64,000 bases of DNA from Schmidtea polychroa (GCA_044892525.1 CM097885.1:45200001-45264000), one strand, 5' to 3'. Shown: positions 48,629 to 62,698, numbered from the stretch's first letter. The notes: generated from the sequence alone by a model not told the origin. Numbers and translations are program-made.

Positions 48629-51600
48629 CATTTGACAATTTGAGGCAATGAATCCTAATCTAACGATCAATGTTCTCAAATTTAATAAAGATCCAATTAA
48701 ACAAAAAACTAATGATATTTTCAAGAATCCGTTGGTTGACTAGGTATACAGTAATACCCCGTGTTACGTACACTCGTTTTACGTACACTCGCACTTACGT
48801 ACATCTCATTTTTGTCCCCATTTGACCATTATACGTACAAGGATTCACAAGTACTTTTTTTACTTACATTTTTTCTGGTTTTGCAATTTATGGAAAAAGA
48901 ATTATGTACTAGGACAATAAATTATGAATGTACACTTGTAACAACGTGTTTTTGTATGTGTGTACATTATTTCTATGAAACCTCAATTTTGTTATGAGTG
49001 AATGCATGTAGAAACAACTCAAAACAAAATATTTAAAGTGGAATAAGAACAAAAACGAAACTTTTGTAGAAATAAATCAATATAAAAACCTTTGTAAAAT
49101 ATAAATACATAATATTCATAATTAATTGGACTTTAGAAGAATAAAGAATAATTTTTTCTATTTTGATTTATGTATAGTTTTTTTCTTGGAACAATAATTC
49201 TATGAAATATTAACTTGCACAGTAAGTAGAAATACGTTTATTTTTTTTTTAAATTCTTAAAATAATTTTTTTCTCTAAGAAATGGTAGATAAAAAATTAA
49301 AAAAAACTCGAATTGTTCTTTCGCTGAAAGCCAAAGTTAAGATAATTAGAATGCGCGATGACGGAACTCCTCAAGCTGAAGTAGCCCGCCAACTAGATTA
49401 GAAACGTTCTACTGTAAACACTGTAGTCAAGAACAAAGAAAATATTCTTTTGCATTGAAAAATGCTACACCAATAAATAGTACCGTGTATAAGAAAAGAA
49501 CATGGTCTTGTTGCAGATATGGAGAAAATCATATGGATAGAAAATCAAACAAAACAACACGTACCCTTAAGTCAGGCTATTATTCAAAGTAAAGCGCAAA
49601 GCTTGTTTAATGACTTAAAAGTTAAAAAAGGCTCAAACGAGACTAAATTTTGTGCTAGTCGTGGATGGTTTCATCGTTTCAGAAACAGATACAATTTACA
49701 TAACATTAAAGTCACCGGTGAAGCAGCAGCTGCAGATGTTGAGGCTGCAAAAAATATATCCATAAAAACTTGCAAAAATTGTGAATTTTAATGTCGATGA
49801 GACAGGTCTTTTTTGGAAGAAGATGCCAGCTCGAACGTTTATTTCTAAAGAAGAAAAGACTATGCTAGGATATAAAGTAAATAAAGAGAGAATTACTCTT
49901 TTATTAGGTGGTAATGCCGCAGGAACGTATAAACTTAAACCCATGCATTTGCATCGCTATGAAAACCCTAGAGCGTTAAAGAACTATGCAAAAGCTAAAC
50001 TGCCAGTCTACTATAGATCTAACCCAAAAGCATGGGTTACTGCATATTTTTTTGAAGAATGGTTTAACAAATGTTTTACAGCTGAAGTTAAAGGTTATTG
50101 TAGAAGCAGAAAAATACCGTATAAAATTTTATTAGTTATCGATAATGCTCCCGGTCATCCACAAAATTTAGGCAACGGTAATATTCGAGTTGAATTTTTA
50201 CCTCCAAACACCACATCTATCCTTCAACCCATGGACCAGTGTGTTATCGCGTCATTTAAACTGAACTATTTAAAAAAGACATTCAGTAAAATAATTGCTG
50301 CAATTGACAGTAAAGAAGGTTCAGGTAGGGAAGTTTTAAAAAAAGTTTGCGCGGAATACAATATTTTAGATTGCATAAAAATAATTCGAGACCCCTGGAA
50401 TGATATTTCAGTTTCTACAATGAAAGAGGCCTGGAATAAATTATTTCCGCAGGAGAGAAACGATAGGGAAGATTTCGAAGATAATAACGCTAAAATCATT
50501 GGCAATATTGTAGATTTGGCGCAACATCTTGACTTAGAAGTAGATTCAAATGATGTAGTTCAACTTGTAGCATCCTACGATGAACCTCTCGACAATGAAG
50601 ATCTTTTAGAATTAAATGAACAGATACAACCTGAAAATTTAGAATGCAATGTCGCAGAAAAATCCACTCAATCTGAAGGACTAACAATCAAAATTTTATC
50701 AGATGCTTTCCAATGTTTTCAAAATGGAATGGCTCTTTTTGAAAAATACGATCCAGATTTTGAGAGGAGTTCAAAGGTTAACAAATACATTATTGGCGCA
50801 TATTCCTGTTATTCAGAATTATACAGGGAAATGAAAAAACATAGTAAACAAACCTCTTTAAAAGAAATTTTTGCTACAAAAACTATATCACCTAGCTCAA
50901 AATCAAAAGAAAATCGTGTTTTGGCATCCACTTCAGGAAGTCGCAAGACTTTTTCAATAAGTTCATCTACATCTCCTGACTCACCAGCAAAAAAGCGTTT
51001 AGCGGTTGATTACATAGAGAAGTACTTCGATGGGTCTCAGATATATCTCCTATTGATTGAAGAAGTTAATATTTCCTTTAATCATTAAAAATATTGACTA
51101 AATTTTAGAATTAAATTATCATTATTTGGCTGTAACCAATCTCGATCGACTGCTCAATTACAGAGATAGAGTAGAAGGATTTAGAATCCAATCACATTGG
51201 TACCATACATGTCTTCACGGGTTTCGAAAACGTCTTGCTTTTGAAAGACATATAGGTCTTTGTAGGAAGAATGTGGAGCGGACGACTCTATACTCAATGT
51301 CAGAGAATAAATATATCAATTTTAAAGACTGGAGTAAAACTATAAAACAGCAGTTTGTTGTGTACGCGGATTTTGATTTAAATTCTAATGTCACCCATAA
51401 AGTCTATAAAAAGTGTGAGTGAGCATCCAGCAAAAGAGAATAGGAAGTGTCAATCATCAGTTGTATACTTTCATGACAGAAAAACGAGCTTTTCAATGTT
51501 TGGATGATAAGAGGTATTGGTTCAATTGTAATGAAAGCTATGCCTACGGTAACTATAATATTCGTCAAATGCATATCGCAACTGCTCCATCTACAAATGA

Positions 51601-52273
51601 ATAAAAATCGTAACAAGCACTTTAACAATTAAATTTATGTGAATAATATATATAGTAAATAATTTTACTTAGTTAATTAAAATGTGTATTATCATTTAAT
51701 AATTCCTTTGTCCAATTATTTTAGATAATTAGTTTTAAGTAAGAATTATAATTTTTATTGAAAAATTAATGCCCATTTTATTTAAAATTAACACAGCTTT
51801 ATATAATTACTAATTAAAATTTTATTCAAATTGAAATATTATTGTTATAATATATTAAATGTAAATGTAACATAATAATAATAAAAACAAAAAAAATAAT
51901 TACTATAAACACATACTATAAATAATTAATTAAAAATTAATTGAAAAAGTAAAAAAAAATAAATAAAAAAAATAAAAAGTATTAATTATAATCAAATATT
52001 AATAAATAAATATAATAATAATATTAATAATAATTAAAATTATTAAGAGATAAACCAAAATAAATAATATTAAATAACTTAAGTAATTAAAATAAAATAT
52101 TAATAAAATAATCAATTAATTAAATGTAATAAATTAAAAATTAACTAAAGTAAGTAATTAAAATAAAAACATAATAAAATAATTAATAAATAAAATAAAA
52201 AAAATAAAATAACTCAATTGACCTAAAGTTTTTCATTTGATCTGAAAGTGTCCTGGAGTCCTCACATCATACT
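48624..52273 (+). mobile_element. Deleted Polinton polB derivative carrying the Tigger insertion (copy 2)
   Basis: 48624-48748 matches the polB exon at ~26249-26373 (reverse complement). The match resumes at 51018 after Tigger, with the same ~2 kb deletion as copy 1. The flank matches 22915-23550. Confidence 0.9.
48749..51017 (+). mobile_element. Tigger/pogo transposon, copy 2; DDE ORF 49781-51088 open, HTH part frameshifted
   Basis: TA|CAGTAATACCCC start; DETG, DNAPGH and LQPMDQ motifs. Confidence 0.93.
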
Positions 52274-52277
52274 GCTG

Positions 52278-52730
52278 CAACACTTCGAGGAAAAAATATT
52301 TTTTAATATATACTGAATGTATTATGTTCACTTGATCGTTTTACACGTGTTTCAAATTTTTAAATCCCATTAATATCTTTAACTTATTTTTTGATGGATA
52401 ATTGACACATTTCCTGACTATTTACGAAATTTAACTCCGCACTTAAAGCGTTAAAAGGAACAGACATTTCAGTTATGTCTCCTTTCTTTTTCCTTCTTGT
52501 CCTCTAAACCATTATCCTTTGTTCACCAAGCCTTTTTGGTATTTTTAATTGTAGAACTTCATTTCTTTATAAACAATAGACAAAATTCTTTTTTCAGAAA
52601 ATCCTTTTTATCTGTAGCTTGATTAGGCTGCCTACAAAAATATAATACTCTTTTTCGTTCTTGATAAAAATCAACCTCTGTCTTGAAATTGGTCATCGAT
52701 GTAGGTTAAAGCGGGGTCTATAGTTCGCCA
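52278..52730 (-). repeat. Inverted copy of ~56824-57286 (piggyBac-like 3' region)
   Basis: About 450 bp of reverse-complement similarity. Confidence 0.8.
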
Positions 52731-55699
52731 TCTAAAGAAAAAATTAACCTATGAAATTTTGTGATAATATTTCAAATATATAATTCGAATAAGTAGCTAT
52801 TTATTGATTTTCTGTACCCTCACATTTAGTAATACACTTTTAACTTCTCCTTTGAAAGGAATGGAGTTGTATTTACTTTCAAGTATATCAATTTTTCCTC
52901 CTAATATTTTCCCATGTTTTTACTGTTTCGGAGAGAAATAATTCAAATGAAAGCAAATAAGGAAACTATTAATAAAATGTGAAGTAGAATCTTCTTAATT
53001 TCCTATCAATTAACTTTCTCAGCCTATTATAATGGGAAATATTTGTAAAATAATAATATGAAAATTTCTGTGAGGAAACGCACGTCATAATGTTATGATG
53101 TTGAATAAATGTAGAGAGTAAATTTATAATTTCATAACTTATTCATTCAACCTGAAAATATTTGTCTTGCAAAATCCTATTATGGTTAAAATGAAATTCT
53201 ATTCAAATTATTGGAGTTATACTAATGATCTGAAGGAAACTATTTTTTATCTTCTGCATTTTATCAACACTTTTACTAAATAAGTCATTCTTTCTGTTAT
53301 ATTTATGAATAAATAAAAAAAACAACACATTATTAATATTCTTAGATTCTTCATGTCTGACTACTTATTAACAAAAGTTCAACAAAAATACAATTGGATA
53401 TAATGTATCAACTCCAAAGAAGAACACTAATTCATGCAATCTTCCAAGAACTTTCTTTTCCTGCTATTCGCTTGATAAAGTTAATTAATAACAAAATCAC
53501 TCAAGCATAAATCTGCCATCTTTATGATGCCTTTTCAAAATCAACAATTTTGGTTTTTTGTTGACAATTAAAATAATCTGTATATTAATACGTAAAAGGA
53601 AAACTTTGTACCCCTTTTAAAGCATATTTTGCGCATGGAGGTGAGATTTGGTATAATTAAAGTTTATATGGAAAACAGTGCATTAAGCTAAAATTTATAT
53701 ATAATATGTTACAAATGAATCAAATTAAATAAAATATTTCACATTAAACTCTTGATTGATTTCAAATGTTTCTTTATGTATTCAACAAAGTTAGTAGGTA
53801 AATATAGTTTATCATTTAAATCTGTCTAATTTTGTTTTCATTAATTTCTTTACACGCCTCTTTTGCATTCAGCTATTCACATCTACTTTCATTATAACTC
53901 AACATAGAAGATTGAAAGTCAAAATAATAATAGACCAAATGCAAATTTAAATAGTGTAACTAGTATACAAAATCATTCAAACTTAAAAATTTAATGAATT
54001 ACGGTTGAATTTCGAATACTGGCGATCACTAGTCATAATTAAAATATGTGATAATTTCTTGGTAGGAGCATTAAAAGATTTTCGATTATAAAAATAATTC
54101 ATATCAATTTGGTAATTTGAAATAAATGCCAGCGCAATTGGTTAATAAACTTCCAATTCACAACACCAGTTATGTCAATCAATGCACTGGAACTGGAAAT
54201 CATCGACAATATTTTGAACGCCACAAACGCCGCATTCTTCGTGTGGACGAGATGAATTGTTTCGATTTAGTAATTGAGTAAATAGCATATTTTGGAAATG
54301 GGGAAACCCTATGAGAGCCAGTGGAAGTGGAGGCTGCGGAATTGATTAATCAAAGAGGTTTGCAAACCAGTCCACAGTTTTCACGAATAATTTAATGGCC
54401 TGTGAACATGTGTATATCACGCAGACTATTACCAGGCGCGAATGCAATAAGTATGAGGCTTCATTGGATTTTTTTTTGCCGGGCTATCTATATATTAAAT
54501 ATTTAAATAAAATGCAAAAATGTAAACTTCAATATACATTAAAAAATAAAAATACACCCAATTCCGAAATTTATTAACCTCTATAATTCACGTTGCTGTG
54601 CACACCAGTTGAGGTGAGTCACCATTTACGTGAAAATGAAGTTATTCAATTTCATTTATTCAATTTATTAAAAAGGTTTTCAGGTAATTTTTTTAATTTC
54701 AAGTAACTTTTAAGAATTGAATTTTGATTTTATATAATTATGAGATCATTATTGAAGTACTTAAATATTACTGTTAGTAAGCATTTATAATATAACATTG
54801 ATAATAATTGAATTTTAGGTGTTTTTAGGAATTTTATGAAATTCAATGATTTTTTATTTGGAATTATTTCTATAAAATGTAAGTTAGATATATTTTTAAT
54901 TAAATAAATAAACTAATCACCGAAAACATTAATTTTTTTAATGCAATTAGGAAAGAAGTGGCGTACATGGATGAAATAGTTTTTTAAATTTTTATAATCT
55001 TTGTGCAGCTCATTTTCGATGACCCCATATTTTTTTATATTTATAAATGATTGCTTTAATTGAAGATTTGGTCATTCCTAGTAATCTTCCAAATTCTTGG
55101 TAATTGTCCCGTTCTCAAAGGCATTAATAAGCCGAATTTTGTCATTTTCTGTATATCTATAAAAATATTAATTTATTTAAATTTACGATTTGCGAATTTC
55201 TTTCTGTAAATCAAAAGATCTCGAAGGACCTTCTTCAATATTTGAAATGCTGCCTTCACACATACTATAAAATATTTTAATGTTTTGTAATTTAATGAAT
55301 AAAACTTACATTGTATTTTCTTTTTTTTTCTCAAGGTAGAGCTGTCGGAATCTAAATTAAAAGTATTTTCTTGCATTTTTTAATAATTTAAAAATAATTA
55401 TATTTTAACAATATGTTAACGATTATTTATTTTGGAACAAAATCCTATATAAGAAATTTGCATGCATTTTTCAATATGTGTTTTGTGTTGGTGTGTTCAA
55501 TTATTTTTCTTTCACATTCACAAATCCTATAATAAAGTTGTTAAATTTCGGAACAATAAGTTTGTGTGTTCCTATACTATAAATTTATTGATTTTCTTTA
55601 GATTATAGAAGTTATTAAATTTCGGAATTAGGTGTACACAAAATACAAACACAATTACATTTTATTGAATATAAATTTACATCATTGAATATGAATGAA

Positions 55700-56650
55700 T
55701 ATTGAATATGAATTTTTCTAAGTTTTTGTTCTGTAAAGTTTTCTAAAATAGTCTGAAAATCCAATTTCTTTGCTTCTCACTTTCAATCGACACAATTGCT
55801 AAACGATTTTATCTATCCTCAGTCATTGTCAATCTCAAATAGTTTTTTATTAGTTTTAGTCAGGAAATTGATCTCTCTCCAGAACCAACGGCCGCTGGAA
55901 TTGTTAAATATATTCGGAATAAAAAACATTGATTAATAAACAAGTTTGAAAGTGCAGTTGCTCTGTCATTTTCTGATAAAAAGTTGAGCAATTTAAATGT
56001 ATTTTCAAATAATTCTGATGGAAAGAAAGATTTTAAAACTTCCATTTCTTCAACTAACATTTTCCCGTCTATATCAGCTTCCTTTACTATTGGTGCATCA
56101 TTTTCTGTGAATCCATAATCTGTTAGAGAAATTTCTAATTTAGCGGTATGTTTTTGAAGTGCTTCTTTTTCCATATTTTGAAATTTTCCAAGAAACCTAA
56201 ATAAGTCATTATGATTTTTCGATTATTCAAAACGATTTTTTAGTGATTCTGTAGCTTTATCTAAAACAAAATTAAAAAAGATATCTTGTATGTGTTTATC
56301 GGATCCTAAATAGGTTTATCATCGCCTTTATTATTGAAATGTTTCTTTCTTAGAGTAGTTGCTTGAACTAAAACATGTTCAAATCCAGTATTTCTCTAGT
56401 CGCCTAACCATTTAAAAAGTTTTTCAAATGAAGAAAGTGCAATGGACACATCTACAGATTTACTTTGAAGTTTCTTGCTTACATAATTGACTTGGAACTG
56501 TAAATCGTATCAAAAAACCAGTGATACTAAAAATTTATAGTCGTTAATTGCATTTTCCTCACTTTTAATTTGTGGATCTTCGGAAATTTCGAAAAGAGCA
56601 TCATAAAATTCCCCTATTTAGTATATTACTGCTTTTACACTTTGAATCCG
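55700..56650 (-). pseudogene. hAT (Tip100/ZMYM1-like) transposase relic
   Basis: RIYLTIPAAVGSGERSIS*LKLIKNYLRLTMTEDR*NRLAIVSIE. Confidence 0.85.
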
Positions 56651-56823
56651 CGATATTTCGTTCTTTCAAATATCTTCAAATAACAAAATATTTTGTCTTC
56701 TGATTCTGAATACATTATCCAAGGACGGCTTATTATTTCATCATTTGTAATCTTTCTTTGCAGATGAACTTTTAAAAAGTGTGTTCCATCCTCTTGGCGT
56801 GGAAAGGCATTTAAGATAATTTA

Positions 56824-57354
56824 AGAACTAAACCCCACTCTAACCTACGTCTATGAACAATGTCAAGACAAAGGCTGATTTTTATTAGGAACGAAAAAGA
56901 GTATTATATTTTTGAAGCCAGGCTAATCAAACTGCAGTTACAGATAAAAAGGATTTTCTGAAAAAAGGATTTTGTCTATTATTTATAAAGAAATGAAGTT
57001 CTACAATTAAAAATACCAAAAAGGCTTGGTGAACAAATGAAAATGGTTTAGAGGACAAGAACGAAAAAGAAAGGAGACATAACTGAAATTGTTAACTGAA
57101 ATCTGTTACTTTTAACGCTTTAAGTGTGGAGTTAAATTTCGTAAATAGTCAGGAAATGTGTCAATTATCCGTCAAAAAATAAGTTAAAGATATAAATGGG
57201 ATTTGAAAATTTGAAACACGTTTAGAACGACCAAGTGAACATAATACATTCAGTATATATTAAAAAGAATTTTCCTCGAGGGTTGTTAAAAGTAAAAACA
57301 AAGGTCTATTGAATAGTATTCGGATTTATCCGCATTTCCCATCTAAAGGGTTAA
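56824..57354 (+). mobile_element. Probable piggyBac 3'-end relic
   Basis: Ends AAAGGG|TTAA and contains degenerate KKDFLKKG...RKCV remnants. Confidence 0.45.
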
Positions 57355-58856
57355 ACGATAACCATTTACTTGATGTTGCAAAGAGTTTAACAGGTAGTGA
57401 CAGTGTGTATATTTTTGTTTTAAATAATTGATGCATGATATTTCCCTCTGTATTAATCTGATGTTTCCTTGAAGTATAGAACACTACCATATTTGATTAG
57501 TCTGATACTTCCCTTTGTTCTGTATGACCTATTTTCTTTAGAGATCCTCGAATATTATACAAGATCTTGCTGTATATTCCTGTTTCTCAGTCAATGGGCG
57601 AATAACAGTTATATCTTCACTTGGAAATTATATAATTTTTGTTATAGTAGATTTAAAATAACATAATAATAATTCCTTCTCATATAAGATTCATATAGAT
57701 TTTGATAAATTTCAAAGTAAGATAAGGCTCAGTGAAACTTAATAACCTTAGTATTACAATTTTGTGCTTTTTATGTTTCTTTCTCTTGAAATAATTTTCT
57801 GGCTACGTCACTATTCATAACATCTATATTTAAAATTTTATTTTCCAAATTAATTAAAATTAATAATTGTTTTTCTCCATTTAACATACATAATTACTTG
57901 TTTCTCACTTGAAATTAATTTCATTTTTGTTTTTATTAAATCTAAATTAAAAGTAAGCTTCCTGCTTTATATGAAATCAATTAAAAAACATTTTATGGCA
58001 AAGAAAATATTCTGTTTTAATTTACTATTTCAGTTAAATTAAAAGCTCAATTTCGTTTTATTGAGAATTCACTATTTAAAACAAAATTGTTAAAAATTAA
58101 CTTATGCCTTCCTATTTATTATGTAGATTATTGCTATTAATATAAAAACAATGAAATATTCTTTATTAATTATACTTTCTATTCCTGAATACGAGTATTG
58201 AAAGGAGAGTCTAGACAGTTAATAACAGTACCATTTTAGGATATTGATACTCTATAAACATTAAGTGCAACTTTGAAAGTAATAAATTATTAAGTAATTA
58301 TATAACTATAAAATTTTAAATGGCAAAAAATAGTGGTAATTATCATAGAAAAAATCGGTGTAAATTTTAGAACAAACAAAAAAATATTTTTATGCTGTAT
58401 TTATTTGCAGCATAATTTATGTTTACAGTCACTTTTCAGTTAACGTTGTTAAATGGTTCCAGTAAAACGTGGCATTCGCCGAAAAGATTTTATACGAGGC
58501 AATTAAATATCCTGATAAAACAAATAATAAATGAATAAAACAAAATTAAGCAAAAATTTAAATTAAACAAAACAGGATAAAAAATACAACTAGTTAAGTT
58601 ATTTATGTATAAACAATAACAAAAACAAAAGCAACTTGAATAAAATGTAAATTATGCACAAAATCACATTTTCAAAATACACCGTTGCTTTTAATTATGG
58701 AAAATATTTTACTTATAAAAAACGTTACAGCGAAACCACACGAAGTTATAGGTTGTATGACTATAATGGTGAACCATCGTTTCATACATAATATGGAAAA
58801 GAACTTTTTTCTTCCACTTGGCAGGACAATTCCATATTTGGTGGCATTATCTACTC

Positions 58857-59205
58857 CAGTGGTTTTCAATTAATATAAAAGCGCGGAACACCATTCACAT
58901 GATTTTTTTTTACGCGGAACACTGAAAAAAAATACTTGCCCACAATGAGTGACCAATCACAAATTACTATAAATCTGTCGTAAACGTAAACAATGCCTCT
59001 TATAAGCAAAGAAAATACCACGCGCAACAATAACAAGCAATAAAAACACTTTTATATTTGTATGTTTATATATCTGTGCAACGGCTTTCTTATTGAATCA
59101 TCTTATAAAAAATTTAATTGAGGTTTTTGATGCTATGTATCTTAAATGCAAATTTAAAGATAAAATGTCATTTTCTTTTCGCGGAACACGGGTTGAGAAC
59201 CACTT
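58857..59205. mobile_element. hAT (Charlie/Buster-type) MITE, 349 bp
   Basis: TIRs CAGTGGTTTTCAA / TTGAGAACCACTT, perfect 8-bp TSD ATCTACTC, and GCGGAAC repeats. Confidence 0.92.
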
Positions 59206-59939
59206 ATCTACTCTATTATATGTCCAGTTTAAGTGGGACATTTAGTTAAATTATTATTAAAATGGCTCTAATTTTTGCGAGTGCAAATTTAAGTTATTTA
59301 TTTCACATCCTTAGCACAAAAGGTACTTAGATTGATGGAAGATTCAACGTAGGAGTTAAATAGAGTAGATGGATTGGGCACCGCTAGATCACATACCTCC
59401 CCCTCCTCCCCCCGGCCGGAAAATTTTTTTTAAAAAAAATTTTTTTCAAGGTATTATCATTATTATTATTCAAGACATTATCAAGGTCAAATTTTAAACA
59501 AAGACATATGACTCGTCAAGGTCATTTCAAGGTCGCGTGACTCATCTAAGGTCATTGCCAAGGTCACATGACTCATCGTAATGACTCATCAAGGTCATAT
59601 TATTATTTTTAAAAAATATTATTATTTTATTATTATTCAAAATATTATTAAGTGATCTAGCGGGCACCTGGTTTTCGTTTGCCCAAAAGTTATCGTTCCC
59701 ATTATCGGAACTTATTAACCGATAGCTTAATTTGAAGCTTAGTGCAAGACCTTTCGAATGAGCTATTGAAGACATCATCATCAGTATTATTGGCAAAGTT
59801 ATTATTGGCAAAGACCATTTTCAAGGTCATTTGACTATATTATTATTTTTCAAAATATTATTATTTTCAAGGTCATATTATTATAACGAGTTTTCGAAAA
59901 TAAAAATTATCTACATAATAAAATAGAACGCAAAAATAA

Positions 59940-61285
59940 TGTTTTAAAAGATTTATTAATCGCTTAATAAAACATCGTCGACATCGACGTCATACTCAAT
60001 ATTTACATTAATATTCATATCATTATTTTCATACTCAATATTTACATTTTCGTCTGAATCACAGAAGCTCGGGCTCATGCCGCCAAAGAGAGGACCAACT
60101 TCGACTCTATTGTTCTAGGATTCATCACAATCCTCATCATCAAAGCTCGGGCTCATACCGCCAAAGAGAGGACCAACTTCAGATACATGGTCAACATCTG
60201 GAACATCGACTCCTAAAAAATGTCCATATGCGAACTGGTATTAGGACCCACCCAAAGGCGCTTGTCATCGTTGTTCGACAAGGCTATTTTATTATTTTTA
60301 AAAGTAAAGAGCTGGTGGTTGCGTGTTCCTATTCTCGTTTGTGGCACTGTATATACTACGCTGTTGTTGTAGCAGTCTAAATAAGACTGGTGTCCAATTT
60401 CAGTCCCTATCAATTTGACTCCCTTCGCTTTTAAATGATCTTTAGCCCCTAACAAACTATAACACTTAGGTCTTAAGAAAACCCACTCCTTATACCCTAA
60501 ACCTTTACTTTCATCTTTAAACTTCCCTATCACAGAATCAAGGTTTCTAGAGTATAAGGGATGTGTTGGGTCATATTTGCTAGTATCTAAAAGATTATCA
60601 CGAATCATTGCCGGCAAAAGAGTGTCAAGCTTACAATGCTTTATCTCTAAGAAAAAGGAGTCAGTGTCGCCGGCAACAATATTTATTTCGCAATTAAACT
60701 CTTTCCTATATTTCGCCAGTTCATTATATTGTAGTTGATACATTCTTAGTTTAGACAAATCTAACACTGTTTGACCAATATAGCTAGGCCTGTCTAAACA
60801 TATAGAATCTTTATCCAGATGAGCCGCAATCAGATCATCACCAATTTTGATAGATTTTCTGAAAGTTGGCTTTGAGGCATATACAATCATCTTTTCAGCT
60901 GAATTGCATAGCCTCAAATTCATCCGCTTTTTTAGATTCTCCACCGATTTACCATATAAGCTGTTGTTATAAAGCTTAAACAAATCTCTATATAACTCAC
61001 TGGTGGATTGTGCTCTTAATGTTGTGTTTTTATCAATGTACGATTTAAAAATGGGTGCTTGCGTGAATTTAACTGCTCTATAAATTTTAACAACCGTCAC
61101 ACCGAGTGAAAGATAAAGTTTAAGAAGCCTCCAATGAAGAACATAGTTCTTCTTTGGCCAATGCGTGAGCATCAGCTTCTAAACTTTGGAGTTCGGTGGA
61201 CACATCTTTTCTGCTGCAATAGGAAAGTCATTAAGGAAGTCATGCAAGCATTCAGGTATATCGATATCAACTTCCATATGGGTAT
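59940..61285 (-). pseudogene. polB: pPolB C-terminal half with an acidic tail; the N-terminal/central part is replaced at a (TTA)n tract
   Basis: KLYNNSLYGK, AGDTDS, GKFKDE, LRPKCYS and DDKR. TAG in PNSKV*KLML, and a frameshift before AYGH. Confidence 0.9.
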
Positions 61286-61320
61286 ACTATTTATTATTAA
61301 TATTATTATTATAAGAAGTA

Positions 61321-61433
<113 letters not shown>

Positions 61434-61790
61434 TTAACTATTGTAGATGCACATTGCAAACTACAAGGATTATTTTATAACTATAGTTTTATAATCACTT
61501 TTTAACATTTGCATAATAATTTCATTATTTTTTTTTTCAGAAACGTAGTATTTTCTTCATAATAATAATTTCAGCATTTTCATAATTTTCATCATAATTT
61601 CATAATATATTCGTCATATAATCATTTTCAACATAAAATCATAATTTTCGTCATTTTCTTCATAAGTCATTTTCATCATAATTTTGGTCATATAATCATT
61701 TTCTTCATAAATTCATTCATTCATTATATCATCATAATTTAATAACAAATGTTTTTATGAAAATATTTAAAAAAAAAGGTTTTATGAAAA

Positions 61791-61822
<32 letters not shown>

Positions 61823-61830
61823 ACTCTTAC

Positions 61831-62349
61831 ATTCAGACTCCATGTCGGAATCATCCTCAGAGAAGACATTATCAGGTACCTCATTATTAATTTGTTCCTC
61901 CACATTTTCAATAAAATCTTCCATGGGATTATTATTTTCATTAATTTGATCGTCCAAGTCGACATTGAAAACCGGGGCATTCATAATAAATACGACATCG
62001 TCGCTAATTGAATCATTTTCTAAAATGAAAAATTATTTTAATAAACTGAAAAATAATAAAATTTACTTTTTTCTTTGATAACTGAGGCATAATTGACATT
62101 ATTAGGGGCATCAGTTTGCCCAATAAATACGACATCATCGTCAATAATTGAATCATTTTCTAAAATATAAAATTAATTTAATAAAAATTAAAATAATAAA
62201 TTTACCAAAGATCTTATCGACATTTAAGATCGACTCATTCTCTGTCACTTCGTACCAGTCGAATACATCTAAAAGAATAAAATAAAATAAAATAAAATAT
62301 AATAAATTAAATTACCAGTCGTCAAAACGCGATTATTGTTGTTTTGCAT
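61831..62349 (-). CDS. Multi-exon acidic ORF of the Polinton (exons 62349-62316, 62268-62206, 62159-62067, 62019-61831)
   Basis: GT-AG introns of 47, 46 and 47 nt, all phase 1. Internal exons are 63, 93 and 189 nt. The spliced frame has no stops. Confidence 0.7.
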
Positions 62350-62698
62350 TGGTAAATTGTTATAGAAATCGAATTTTTAAAATTTTAAAATAATTGTGAC
62401 AAATTTTAGATTTGTCAATGTTTATAAAGAGAATGATTATTTTCCTGTTCCAGTCAATGAGAATATAGACACACATACACCCATATACACTGAATATTTT
62501 ACTCTCTGAACCAATCACACGCATGCACGTATGTAATGTAAATCACTCAGAAATTACTTGTGACTGCCTTTGTTAGTCATGCCTTTGTTAACTTGCACTG
62601 TGCATGCTTCAGTCATATGTTGTCTTTATGTTGAATTAATAATATTTATGTGAATAATAATAAAATTAATTAAAAATAATAATATTTTTCAAAATAAT

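Noticed and set aside
53400..54400. Possible degenerate transposase fragments
   Set aside because: Too decayed to assign by eye.
59206..59370. 12-bp inverted repeat ATCTACTCTATT / AATAGAGTAGAT as a MITE
   Set aside because: It overlaps a hAT TSD and the putative Polinton end and has no TSD of its own. It may be chance.
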